A stretch of DNA of 64,000 bases from Octopus sinensis (GCF_006345805.1 NC_043001.1:75578001-75642000), one strand, 5' to 3'. Shown: positions 1-12,491, counted from the first letter of the stretch. Made by a program: numbers and translations. The notes: generated from the letters alone by a model not told the origin.

Positions 1-320
1 ATGACGAGAAGGTATGAACGAGAAAAATCCAAAATGTCAATGAGAACGCGAAAAATGAAAAAAAAGTCACACCAGAAAAGAACATAAAATAATGTAAAAT
101 AGAGAAGCCTCATAAGAACAACAATGATGAAAGTATAAGGTGAAATGAAAATCACCTTTTCTACGTTATAGAAAAAATGTAATGTGTACGTTGCCTTGGT
201 GTATAACACATACAGAAAACATATAAGGTTTGAATTGAAGAGATATTTAAAAGAAAGGCACTTCTGTAGACAAATAAACTTTATTATAATCAGATAAAAG
301 AAAAGAGTCGTAAGGTTGTT

Positions 321-850
321 TTAGATTGTCCGGAAGGTTCTGAGCGTTTTTAATATACAAAAAAGAGATATAAATAATTGATCTTTCAATAAATTTTATT
401 CAATGAAATAATTTCCATTATTATTAATGACCTTTTCTCATAAGGCAATTTAATATTCCATCCGCATAAAATTTGACTGATTTTGAAGAAAAACAGTTAT
501 CTAGATGCATTTCGACTCCATCTAAATCGTTAACTGTTTTTCCTTGCAGTGAGTTCTGTAAAGATACAAACGATTGGTAGTCGGGTGGCACAATATCAGG
601 AGAATATCGTGGATGGGGTAAGAGATCTCAGGCAAGTTCACGTACCATTTTACGGGTAGCCAAAGATACATGTGGTTAGACAGTGTCTTCGAACTCCTGT
701 TGGCAATATTCCGTCTCAATGTTTTGATTTTTTTCGTTCAAATTAGCCGGCTTACGACAGTACACATCAGAATTAATGGTCTGGTTTTGTGGGATAAGCT
801 CATAATAAATAATGCATTTATGATCCCACCAAACACAAAGCATAGCGAAA
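321..850 (-). mobile_element. Mariner transposase 3' remnant (catalytic domain to right end)
   Basis: Minus-strand translation gives MLCVWWDHKCIIYYELIPQNQTINSDVYC and, after a frameshift, LPHPRYSPDIVPPDYQSFVSLQNSL (mariner YSPDLAPxDY motif). A TIR-like sequence ttagattgtccggaaggtt lies at 321-340. Confidence 0.9.
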
Positions 851-1001
851 TTGTCACTCGCCCCCACTCACTCTAGATGTAAATGATAGTGGTAGTAGCA
901 GGGAGAGTAACAACAGCAATGACAACAACAACCACAGTGGAAGTGTCAGGAGTATTGGGAATTCGATAAAGGAAACATGAAATATAACTAGAAGCAGTCA
1001 G

Positions 1002-1730
1002 TTGTACAAGGAAAATACCACTACCACTACGACCACCACACAAATCAGTAAAATTTCGAACAAAGAAAGCGAAGGTCCAGATAGAAATAACGTTTCCTTC
1101 GCAAAAGTTACAAATAAGTTTGGAATCATGTTGTTAAAGGATAAGGAAGAACATTTAAAGGACGCTGAGTGGATTATAAGAAGTGAAGGAAGAAAGGCCA
1201 CACTAAATGTGTTTCAAAACTTGCTACAGGTAACAAAAAAAAGAAAACATTTGTTTGTGCAGATCTCTGTCCATGAAAACAAGAAGACTGGAAGAAATAC
1301 CGAGCTCTGCCTGAAAAATACATGGGGGAATGTCAGCTTTGCCTTCCACACCCCAAAGTTCGACTACATCAAGGTCATATTCCTATTTGAATCACTAGCA
1401 CAAAAACATTCAACTGTCCTATTAAAAATGGAGGAGTTTCCTTTATTTCCCATCTATCTGGGATTGAGAGTGATCCGAATAAAAATAAGTAACATGCCAC
1501 CAGAAATCAATTTCTTGTGGGTAGTGAAAGCCGTGGTGCTGGAAGATCCTAGAAGTCCACTAGAAATCCCCAAATCCCAAAAGGAGAACTGGGTTGGGAT
1601 AGAGTTGGAAATTCTACTGCAAGTAAAACCAGAAACTGTAGAGAAAATTCCCTACCTGCAGGTGATCGTGGAAGAAAGAAGGCCGTGATGTTACTTCTGT
1701 GGCGATTCAGGTCACATCAGAGTCTATTGC
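1002..1730 (+). mobile_element. Non-LTR retrotransposon ORF1 (gag-like) remnant with CCHC zinc knuckle, broken by one TGA
   Basis: The 228-aa ORF ends at TGA 1686-1688. The same frame continues CYFCGDSGHIRVYC (1689-1730), an exact CX2CX4HX4C. No ORF2 follows. Confidence 0.7.
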
Positions 1731-2004
1731 CCGAAGGAAAGAAGGATAAGAGGGAAAATGAGCCGCAGCAACCATTAATACTACTGCAACCACAACAACA
1801 ACTGCGGCAGCAAGAACAGCAAAAACAACACCAGCAGAGAAAATTGGATATAACAGTATCCACAAAAACCACTACAGCATCGGCAGCAGCTGGAGCTACA
1901 ACAACTGCTGGAGTGGAAACAACTGCACAACATCAAGCAGAATGCACTTCACAGCAGCAAAACTACATCAAAACCAGCAATAACAATGGCAGCAACAGGG
2001 AATG

Positions 2005-2473
2005 TATACCCGTCATGACTACCCGTCTGCTAAGGGTACACCAGGCACATGCATCACAACTTTGTGCATGACATGGTGATCTCATATCAAGATAAAGAGC
2101 GTATGACCTTGCAGGAGGAGCCCAGATAGAATTTTCTTCGGGATGGGTAGCCCATCCCACACAGAAGGTCCCTGAATAAGGGTTGTTTAAGGATGTTGAA
2201 CAAAATACCTATGTTTCCAAAGGTGAATTATGCAAACCTATGATGCGCCCCCATTACTTCTGCACGTGATCAGAGATGCGCATATCGCCAGCCACTATGG
2301 TTCATGCTCAACTGGTTATGGTCAAACAACTGACAAGCAAATCTGTAGTATTGAGCAGAATATATGATGTAGCCCATCGTTTATACCAAGTCAAAACAAC
2401 GTACATGATAACACTTCCAATCAATTAAGATCAGGAGCCAAGAGAGCCACTGCTTGGTACTGCATCAGGGCAT
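2005..2473 (+). repeat. Interspersed repeat, unclassified family, ending in an (ATT)n tail; second copy at 48265-48953
   Basis: Direct sequence similarity, e.g. caccaggcacatgcatcacaac...gatctcatatcaagataaa...gaaggtccctgaataagg...tgcatcagggcat in both copies. Confidence 0.85.
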
Positions 2474-2531
2474 TAATTATTATTATTACTATTATCGTTA
2501 TTATTGTCAGTATTATTATTATTATTATTAT

Positions 2532-2582
<51 letters not shown>

Positions 2583-2605
2583 CAGTAGTAGTAGTAGTAG
2601 TAGTG

Positions 2606-2660
<55 letters not shown>

Positions 2661-2672
2661 CAGCAGCAGCAG
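2474..2672. repeat. Compound trinucleotide microsatellite (ATT)n/(AGT)n/(AGC)n
   Basis: Read directly from the sequence. Confidence 0.97.
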
Positions 2673-3271
2673 CAAGAGCGGCTATAACGGTCATATTATT
2701 TTCAATATTACCTGAAAAGTAAAAGAATATCATAAAGAAAGGTCAACTTATTTTTATATTCTCTCATCTAAATTTTAATTTAAACATACAATACCGCTAA
2801 GATCTTTAATAAAATCAGATATGAGAAGAAATCTTATCAAATTCAAGATTGTTTGATTCTTTATGACACATTTCTATTCTTAAATATTTTTTCGTTTTGT
2901 TCTTTGTAACTTGCCATAATTCTGTCCAAGTGAAAAAAAAAAAGAAACAAAATATTTAAGATTGATCTTCATAAAAATTAGAAAAAGTCGTGAAAAAATG
3001 CCAAAGAAATGTAATTTCACTTCATTGGGTGTCTTTCGCTTTCGGTACATGTTTTATTTCTTACTCAATTAAAAACAATGCCATTGAAGAATTCAGTTGT
3101 AATTTTGCCCGCGTTTTTTTTTTTGTTTTCAATTTTATTTATTACCTTATTTACTTTTTATAATGATATTGTGTAAATTAATGCAAATGATTGTTTAACC
3201 GATATCTTTTCCCTCTAGTATTATAGACGTAAACCGCAGATTCCCAGTAAATGTCGTTTGTATATGCATCT

Positions 3272-3279
3272 ATCAATCA

Positions 3280-3357
<78 letters not shown>

Positions 3358-3463
3358 TTCTCTGTCTGTCAATCTGTATCGATCGATATATTATTATCAT
3401 TTTATCTATCTACCTCTTTCTCAAGCCCATCTCTCTCTCTCTTTCTCTTTCTCTCTCTCTCTG

Positions 3464-3510
<47 letters not shown>

Positions 3511-3528
3511 ATATATATATATATATAC

Positions 3529-3563
<35 letters not shown>

Positions 3564-3644
3564 TGCATACACAAACATACGTACACAGACACACACACAT
3601 GTACATGCCTTAACGGAATATAAAGCCATATGCACATGTGTATC

Positions 3645-3691
<47 letters not shown>

Positions 3692-3770
3692 CACATAGAC
3701 ACATACATGCATACATACATACATACAGTGATACATACGTATATATATATATATATATATATATATACGG
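3272..3770. repeat. Microsatellite cluster (TCTA)n, (CT)n, (TA)n, (CA)n; representative of dozens of similar tracts in the window
   Basis: Read directly from the sequence. Confidence 0.97.
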
Positions 3771-4194
3771 TTTACTGTTCCATTAAATGTACTGTATCCA
3801 AAAATATACAGTTTCCAGTGAGAGATAAATATCATTTAATGCACAGAGTATAAAGATAAGAGTTACTAACAGTCTGTTGCTTCGGAGACGCGGGTCAAGG
3901 CATGTTTTATAATATGCCTTGTGTCTCTAAGTAACGTTCGGGCTCTGAGCACATAGTCTATTCAATTTGCAAATCAGAACATGGGTACAACAAAATCACG
4001 AGAAAATAACGATAAGATAGATACAAAAATTGGAAGGGTGAATAAAAACGGGTAAAAGACAAAAACGAAAAGAAAATTAGTATTATGTCCCCCTTGACTG
4101 TAAAGCCATAATTAATGTAACCATAGATTATAATGCAACGGAGAATGGTGCAAAGTCTACAAAACAGCTGCTCAATCCGAAGGAGATGGTGGTT

Positions 4195-5215
4195 ACCAGT
4201 TCGCCAAAACAAATTTGTTTGTATTCTTTTATTCTTTTTCTTGTTTCAGTAATTTGACTGCGGCCATGCACCGCCTTTACTCGAACAAATCGACCCAAGT
4301 ATTTATTCTTTGTAAGCCTAGGACTTATTCTATCGGTCTCTTTTGCCGAACTGCTAAGTTACGGGGACTAAATACACCAACGTCAGTTGTCAAGCAATGG
4401 TGCGGGGACAAACACAGACACACAAACATGCACATATACGATGGGCTTCTTTCAGTTTCTGTCTACCAAATCTACTTACACGGCTTTGGTCGTCCCGAGG
4501 CTATAGCTGAAAACTCTTGCCCAAGATGCCACGCAGTGGCACTACATCTGGAAATGTGTAGTTGAGAAGCAAGCTACTTACCACACAGCCACACCTGCGC
4601 CTATGTTTGTATTTGCTGAAGACTTGGGATCTGGAATTCACTGTTAGATCTAAGGCGAATATGTGCGATCTTTCAGCTACGCAAAAACTGCATTTCATAG
4701 ACCCATTAACATACGGCATGGATTTTTCTACGATTCTCTACATGATTGTATATGGCATTCAGTTGGACATCAGACCACATACGTGGCCTATCAACTTAGT
4801 GTCTATACTTTTATCTATGTTCCGGAAAGAAGACAGTGGTTTGCATAATGCTTTTTGAAATCGCCTTCACATAACTTTTTGCAATGTTTCTTTTCCGTTA
4901 GGTTGTTTTCACGCTTGGGTGTGACTTTTGCTTCATACAGGATGAGGTTTATCGTACACACTGGGTCAGGTGGGTAAGATTGAGAGTCTTGACAGTTACA
5001 ACCGAGAATGGACTCTTGGTCATGCTTGCGAATGATAATATTCTTCATATGAGTCAACAATTGTATAATATTTTAATCAAGCATCTGTTAAAAATCTTCC
5101 TGCATTTGTGTTTCACTGGAAAGTGCTTATCTAAAAGAGGCGGAAATCACTTGCCTGCATTAGTTTTTATATTTACTGAGAAAGTGAGGAGGAACTATAT
5201 TATTTTCTTAGGTCG
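4195..5215 (-). mobile_element. Penelope-like element (Naiad/Chlamys-type) linker plus GIY-YIG endonuclease remnant, interrupted by a SINE
   Basis: Translation across stops and frameshifts: TNAGK*FPPLLDKHFPVKHKCRKIFNR ... CNCQDSQSYPPDPVCTINLILYEAKVT ... LCEGDFKKHYANH ... DTKLIGHVCGL..PYTIM*RIVEKSMPYVNGSMKCSFCVAERSHI..VNSRSQVFSKYK | NKFVLANW*. This matches the motif order of PLE C-terminal GIY-YIG domains. Confidence 0.85.
4226..4603 (-). mobile_element. tRNA-derived SINE, family S1 (octopus OR-like), full length with 10-bp TSD
   Basis: Head gtggctgtgtggtaag on the minus strand, body and tail shared with 20812-21212. TSD tgtttgtatt at 4216-4225 and 4604-4613. Confidence 0.9.
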
Positions 5216-5517
5216 ATTTCTAGATCTATTTATATGAATAATAAAAGTTTGTTCATATATACGTGTGACGTTTTAATAGAACTGATTTTGCTGTGAATTT
5301 TTGTGCTGAATAGTCGACGTATATATATCTAGTATGTCTGTGCGTTTGTGTGTCTGCGTACACTCACGAGCGTGTGTATGTTCGTTTGTACAGGTTTGCG
5401 TGTTGTCCATTCACATGTTCTAGTACTTGGTGCTTAGGGTTTCATTGGTTTTAAATGTTTGACGTATTTTTATCTTTTAATGCTTTTATAGTAATATTTA
5501 TCTTAGTAATGTATATA

Positions 5518-5611
<94 letters not shown>

Positions 5612-5662
5612 GTGAGGGAAGAAATGGAGCTGAACGAAGATTTTACAAAATTCCTTTTTATT

Positions 5663-5748
5663 ATTTTCTACATATGTTTCAAAGGCTGCAAAGTCCCTAA
5701 TTCGGATTGAATAAGGAGACCATTTTGCAGCTTTCTCTTCAGGAAAAT
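5663..5748 (-). ncRNA. Type I hammerhead ribozyme with short helix III, predicted GUA cleavage at 5669/5668
   Basis: Minus strand: AUUUUC-CUGAAGA-GAAAGCUGCAAA..31 nt..UUUGCAGCCUUU-GAAA-C-AUAU-G-UA-GAAAAU. Stem I is 6 bp, stem II is 12 bp with one mismatch, and helix III is the palindrome ACAUAUGU. Confidence 0.75.
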
Positions 5749-6100
5749 CCAGGAACTTAAATCTCCAACAAAATGCGCAGCAAGCTTTTCGACAAACGCT
5801 CTCTAGGAGCCCATGGCATGTATGGCACAAAACTGTCTCTCAATATGCGTTGACGTCGGGCTGGGTGAAAGCCGACGAAAAAGTCCGTTGAGATAATTCG
5901 AGGTCAAAATCCGGTTAACATGGGGGAGGGGAAGAATTACAGAAAACCAAAGAGTGTGAATATATTCTGTATTACTAGTGTTAATATTCGAATTGTTTTA
6001 AGAATGAGTGCTATCGTGTTTGGGTGTGAGAAATTGCCTACATGTATGTGTGTGTGCGCCTATGTATGTGTGGCAGTATGTTTAGGAAGCTGCTAGGGAG

Positions 6101-6150
<50 letters not shown>

Positions 6151-6354
6151 TATAAACATTCACATGCGCATTTTCACAGACATACATCTATAATTAAACA
6201 CAAGTATATACACTTACACACACATAAAGCTGTAAGGCTGCAGTGTGCATTTATTCTTAGAATCATCAGGTAATGGGATGTTAGTACTTCCATATTTTCT
6301 GTTTCATTCATTCTCCATTCCAAACATTGCTTCTATTGTCTTAATGCAACAATA

Positions 6355-6520
6355 ATCTGCGCACCTCGAGCAAAATGCTTAGCGCTTTTCGTCCGTCTTT
6401 ATGTTCTGAGTCCAAATTCCTCTGAGTTCGAGCTTGCTTTTCTTTCTCGCTGAGTCGAGAAAATAAGTACCAGCAAAGAACTAGGGTCGATGTGAGCGAC
6501 TTACCCACACGCTCGAACTT
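6355..6520 (+). mobile_element. SINE family S2 (core gagttcaaattcc...gcctttcatcc...gtcgataaaataagtaccag), degenerate
   Basis: Similar to the many S2 copies elsewhere in the window. Confidence 0.75.
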
Positions 6521-7454
6521 CCTGGTCTTGTGCGAAAGTCTGAAATCAATATTCTTTAATAAGCCGTCATGCTTCTCACTTTCATGTAGAATACAAATAC
6601 CAGTTTATCCTTTATTCTCACTCCATTGCTCTATTCCCCATTCTGATGTGCTACGAGGGGTTTCCTGGTATAAGTGGTGCTGGTGGTGCACCTGCCTTTA
6701 CCTTAAATTCATCTCATACGGTAAACTGAATTTCTAGTCATAAAATATGCTTTGGGATTCATTTTGTTTATCATGCTAAAGTTATTTGCACAAGTGATCT
6801 ATTTGAAGAGCATGTCCTTATCTAACCATGATCTAATGGCTCTACATGGGTTCCCGACAACTTCAATGTTAAATTTCACTTAACTTAATGCATTCCTAAA
6901 TTTCATAGGCTAGATGCCCTTTGGCAGGAACCTTCGGTAGTCGTTGCTCCTTGGAATTCTCCATAATATATAACACGAGTTTACCTGCTTTCTCATACCT
7001 TCTAATCTATTCCATTACTTGTTCTGAAAACATGAGCCAGGTAATATTTGTATATTTCATGATAATGTATTCTAACGTGCTTTGGATCCTTTTCATTAGA
7101 TTCTTCAAAGCCATGAAAAGAAAAAAGAAAAATATCGCCATAAATGAAAAAAATGAAATCTGACATACGCGCACACACACACAAACATACACACATACAC
7201 ACGTACACACGTACACACACACATACACACACGCATATATATAAATATATGTATATATGTCACAGTTTGACATGTAAATTTTGTAAGAATAACTTGAATT
7301 TGTGAAATTTCAAAACTATTACCATGAAAGATTAAATCAATCTCTTATTCAGCTTATTTCTCCGTTCATTTCAGATGACTCAAAGCGCTTTTACATTTTC
7401 TTATAATATACATGTATGTGTGTATGCGCATGTGTGTATATACATACATACACA

Positions 7455-7519
<65 letters not shown>

Positions 7520-8249
7520 GGTGGGCAAGTATAGTAACAACTACTAGCTTATCGTAGCAAATCACTCATACACTCACTTCAATGAAAGGTTGACTACTTC
7601 AAGAAATAGAGTTAAATATATTTCCTTTAATCTCATGTAAGCAATTTTATAAATGTATTTTTGTCGTACAATTTCAGTTTTCAAAACGAAACTTGAATAG
7701 ATAGCATGGAGATATGAACAGATTTATAAACTGCACAGTAGTATCAATAAGAAAATCATACTAAGATAATATTTCAAAGAATAAAATTCCATGGTGAACA
7801 TTTAAATAGGATTTTCTGCGGTGACAATCTCTTTATATTGCGGCTGACACTCACTTTTTAGAACGTCTTTTATCTCTGGTTGTTTTTATATCGACACCAC
7901 GTGATTGAATTCTATAGGATTACCGGGCGTGAGGAAAATAGCGCTTACGACAGGCTCTGGTGAAATAAATCACGATGGAATCAAATTTTTTCCACGGCAG
8001 AAAAATAGTATATATTTTATATATTTTACTTCAGTGGTGTATCATAACCAGTTGCTTCTCTTGCATTTCTTCAGGTTAAATAGATCTGTATAACATATAT
8101 TCGTTGAGCTTCTTTTAGTGAGTTAATTTTTGCTGAACTAGTTTCGGTGTACACCATTGAATTCTTGAGATTTTTATTGCTCATCACGCACATACATATA
8201 TGTATGTATGTATGTATGTCTGCATTTGTATATATATGTATAGTTTGTT

Positions 8250-8280
<31 letters not shown>

Positions 8281-8305
8281 TATATATATTGACAGACAGA
8301 CAGAC

Positions 8306-8383
<78 letters not shown>

Positions 8384-8440
8384 CTGTATATATGTGTAAG
8401 TATATACATGTCTTTGTAAATATATGCATAAATAAATATG

Positions 8441-8482
<42 letters not shown>

Positions 8483-8592
8483 GCACTGCGTCAGTTACGA
8501 CTACCAGTGCCCCAGTAGATCCGATCAACGTAACAGCTTGCTCATGAAATTACCGTTCAAGTGACAAAGCACTCCACAGACTCAAATACATA

Positions 8593-8770
8593 TACAGTTC
8601 TATATTTGAGATGAGGAATTATGTACATTATTTACATTTTTACATTTGATGGATATTTGTCCGCATCTTGTTTGTTGTTAACACAACGTTTCGGCTGATA
8701 TAACATCCAGCCTTCATCAGGTGTCTTGGGGAGATTTCGAACCTGGGTTTTCATTCCCAAGGTACTTTTC

Positions 8771-8808
<38 letters not shown>

Positions 8809-8809
8809 G

Positions 8810-8878
<69 letters not shown>

Positions 8879-8955
8879 ATTATTATTATTCAGGTCACTG
8901 CCTGGAATCGACCTCGGAATCTTGGGGTTAGTAGCCTGCGCTCTTAACCACTACG
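8593..8955 (-). mobile_element. SINE-like element: tRNA(Arg)-like head + (AAT)n + hammerhead-bearing tail
   Basis: Minus-strand head cgtagtggttaagagcgcaggctactaaccccaagattccgaggtcgattccaggc with A/B-box-like motifs. (AAT)n at 8772-8890. The tail is shared with 46712-46979. Confidence 0.8.
8680..8725 (-). ncRNA. Minimal type I hammerhead ribozyme, predicted GUU cleavage
   Basis: GACAC-CUGAUGA-A-GGCUGG-auguuaua-UCAGCC-GAAA-CG-UU-GUGUU. Stem I is 5 bp, stem II is 6 bp, helix III is the loopless palindrome ACGU, and there is an extra A after A9. Confidence 0.65.
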
Positions 8956-8961
8956 TTACAT

Positions 8962-9175
8962 TCTTTTACATGTTTCAGTCATTAAACTGCGAACAATTTG
9001 GGCCAGTGCCCTGAAGGAATTTTAGTCGAATAAATCGATGCTAGAACTTCTTTTTTTTATGCTTTATACTTATTCTTTCGGGTTGTTTTGCCGAACCGCT
9101 CGTTACGAGTACATAAGCACACCAAAACCGATTGTCAAGTGTAGTGGCGGACAACACACAAACATAAAGACATAC
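8962..9175 (-). mobile_element. SINE S1 tail fragment
   Basis: Matches 4226-4425 and 20812-21010. Confidence 0.75.
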
Positions 9176-9238
9176 AAAAACACACTCACACACACAAACA
9201 TATATGCACGCACGCACACACAGCCACATTTGTATATA

Positions 9239-9278
<40 letters not shown>

Positions 9279-9370
9279 ATCCAAGCATGAAAACACAAAG
9301 AGAAATCACTACAACGCGGAACAAGTATAATATTACTGGACGCTCAGGAAAGGAAAGAAAGAGGGTTTAA

Positions 9371-9407
9371 CGTTTAACGTTTCGAGCAGAGCTCTTCGTC
9401 AGAAACA
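9371..9407 (-). ncRNA. Minimal type I hammerhead ribozyme in a short repeat (about 9280-9450; decayed relative at 36560-36715)
   Basis: UGUUU-CUGACGA-A-GAGC-ucu-GCUC-GAAA-CG-UU-AAACG; all core nucleotides intact. Confidence 0.6.
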
Positions 9408-9669
9408 TAGGAAAAGGAAATATCCAAAGAAGGGAAGACAGAGGGAAAAAAGTCGCCTGTGCGTATGTAGGTATAATGTATGTGTGTGCGTGTGAGAATG
9501 TTTATGTATGCATATCCATGTGCATGTACACACAGAAATGAGAATTGTACCGAAAGTAATGCTAAAGTCCGTGCTTTTTATCCATTGCTCATGTTCGTAG
9601 GGTATCTCGTCCTGTATAGAACCTTTCTTCTTGACATAATCCTGTGTAGGTAATTTTTGTTTTCACAAA

Positions 9670-10008
9670 TAGAAGTAACGAGCGCTGTAATTAAGTTATT
9701 GCCGAAGAGAATGTGCAAGCTATCTTTTATTTAGAAATGATTATAGGCTGTAACATTGAAAAGGTGGATGAAAAGTTTTAAAAAAAGGAGAAACAAGCAC
9801 CGAAGATAAACCACGAAGTGAGAAAAACCTTCAAATACAACCTTCGTCAGCGAGGTGAGGACGCGATGGACAATGTCAAACATTTCAAAATACGTGTGTT
9901 TGTTGGGTAACTTGACTGTGGTCTCAATGAATTACAGAAGATGGTGGAAAAGTTTAGGAATCAGAGAGTGTATTCAAAATGGGTTACTCGGCAGTTAACC
10001 CACGTTTT
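9670..10008 (+). mobile_element. Mariner transposase N-terminal remnant
   Basis: Frameshifted SAVIKLL ... KRWMKSFKK/GETSTEDKPRS ... VYSKWVTRQLT (the WVPHEL-equivalent motif). Confidence 0.6.
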
Positions 10009-10111
10009 ATATATATATATATACAGAGTGAGAGACGCATACATACAAGAATACATATTTCCTACATATGACTATGAATACATACACATACACACACACA
10101 CACCACACACA

Positions 10112-10208
<97 letters not shown>

Positions 10209-10406
10209 TCACGGAATTTTGTCTGTGAACAGGTCGCGGTCTCAAAGGGACGAAAATATTTTGGCAAATAAAATTTAAATGTTAAAGTGAATCTAACGGT
10301 TTTTGTGTGTTTCTTAAATGGCTTATAAACACCTTCTATGCTGCAATTGTTTTCGTTTCAGCACATGATCTCAGATCAGGTCACTTGCTATGTAAGTACA
10401 TCTCCG

Positions 10407-10485
<79 letters not shown>

Positions 10486-10564
10486 TATACATATACATAT
10501 ATATGTACGTGTGCAAGTACATCTCCGTAATGTATGTATATATATATATATATTATATATATAT

Positions 10565-10596
<32 letters not shown>

Positions 10597-12491
10597 GATA
10601 TATATATACACATATGCATATACATATACATATATATGTGCGTGTGCATTTATGCAGTCACATGCTGAGAAAATAACATACGTAGGCGTGAAAACTGGGA
10701 AACCAGTGCATTTTAAAGGAATTCCTTTTGGATATTTGTTAGTTTTGCTCAAAATAGACACACTCCCTTGGTAGGAGATAGCAAGTGTAAAAGCGATATC
10801 GCTACAAACGATCACTGATTCAAATTGATAATAAATTAAAAAGAAATCTCTGAAGAGGATGCTAACCTTTTCCTTTAAAGTCATATGGGACGCGAAAGTG
10901 AATTTGATATAACTGTGAATCGTAAATAGGTCAAAGCGTAAACTTTGAATGACTGTTTTTCCCTGTATCTATTATAACGTCTCCACAAAATTTAGATTGC
11001 TGTTTTACAATTATTTTAGGGACTGGTGCATATTTAATTGTACTAGAAAGATAACGTGGAATATTGGGAGGTGACATCTGTTTTACAGCTTTTTTGAAAA
11101 AATTATCATAACCTTCCTGCTACCATCTGTAATCAAGTGCATTATCATAAACTTGGCCACCTCAGTTTGATGTTTCGAACAGAGTCGACTCTGCTGAATG
11201 TGAATAGGAGAATTTATGACCGTTTCCTTTAACCAAATTTTGCTCATATCGGTGTCATCAATTTTAGGCTATATTAGAAGACACTAAAATGTTGTACAGA
11301 AAAGCCAGAAGCGGAAACCATGATGCCACAATGCGAGGTATTTAACTTCACTGCCAATATCTCTTGTCTTGCAACTATCTCTTGTCTTACCCAGTAACTA
11401 TTTTGGAGTTTGTGAGCATTGGAAGTTGTGGCGTTCATGCCTCTCTTTTGATAATTATTTTTTGTTGTAATTGACCTGACATGGATCCGACATTAGTGTA
11501 ACGATTAGATAGATATACAGTACTTGATTGATTGCTAGTTATTTTATCGACTTCGGGATGATGAAAGCTGGATTGGATTTTGAACTCAAAACTTAAAAGG
11601 ATGAACCTAAATAGCACCAAGATTTATCCTGAGTCATTATCAAATAATCAAATAACGTATCATTATAGTACCCAACCATAAACATAAAAGATTCGGACTA
11701 ATGACTCAATAAATAAACTATAGCAAATGTGTAACTGCGCCACCTGAATCCAAAGTTAGTTCCTTCTAATAATTGTTATTTTAAGGATACTTGGCCCGAG
11801 TGAGTGAGCCTACTGTAAGCTGGCAATTGTAGAAGAGAACGGATGGGAGAGAGACGCCCTCGATGTTGCCCTTAGCAGTGGGAGTGACCCATGATCTGTG
11901 GGGTTTTTTGGTTACCCCTGAGTGGCTTGTCTATCTATTGTTGTTAAAATTCTCGTGTTGTTATTGTTATTATTTACACGTTATTAAATATATGTAAATC
12001 CCCTCTATCCTTTGTTTTAGTCGTGCTCTAAGTGTTGTGTGCGGCCTTTGGGGCTAATAAAGAGAAAACATATTTTAAGAACACTATGTGGAACGACTGT
12101 TTTACCTTTGAAATATTTTTTGAAAGCCCATAACATTTTAAAAGTCTGTGAGTTTCTCTTACAAAATAAAATAAATATATCATTTGAAAATGAATGGTTT
12201 TGATATAAATAAAATAAAACAAAATAAAAATAAAGTATTATAAAAATAAAGGAATTTTCTCAAATCCAGCCTGCCAGAACATCTACTTATTACGTCTGTG
12301 AGTAGAGTGGGTTAAAATCAATTTAGTTTATGGTGTATAATTTAATAATATTTGTTATTCTTCTGCATCGTTAATCGATTCTATAATAACCGCAGTTCAC
12401 ATTTGGCAACGTATGAGAGAAACATTACCGGCCATGTAAAAATACTTTGCCAATATTAGGAATGGTAATAGTACTATTAGTAGCAGTGATG

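Noticed and set aside
1686-1688. In-frame TGA before the zinc knuckle as selenocysteine or programmed readthrough
   Set aside because: The position is not a Cys ligand, CGA to TGA deamination explains it simply, and no SECIS was recognised.
3875-3930. Hairpin as a pre-miRNA
   Set aside because: The stem is too short with a large asymmetric bulge, and it lies within a PLE 3' region.
10214-10268. Hammerhead-like CTGTGA...GTC/GAC-GAAA-ATATTT
   Set aside because: The core lacks a nucleotide and the register of helices I and III does not fit; at best a dead relic.
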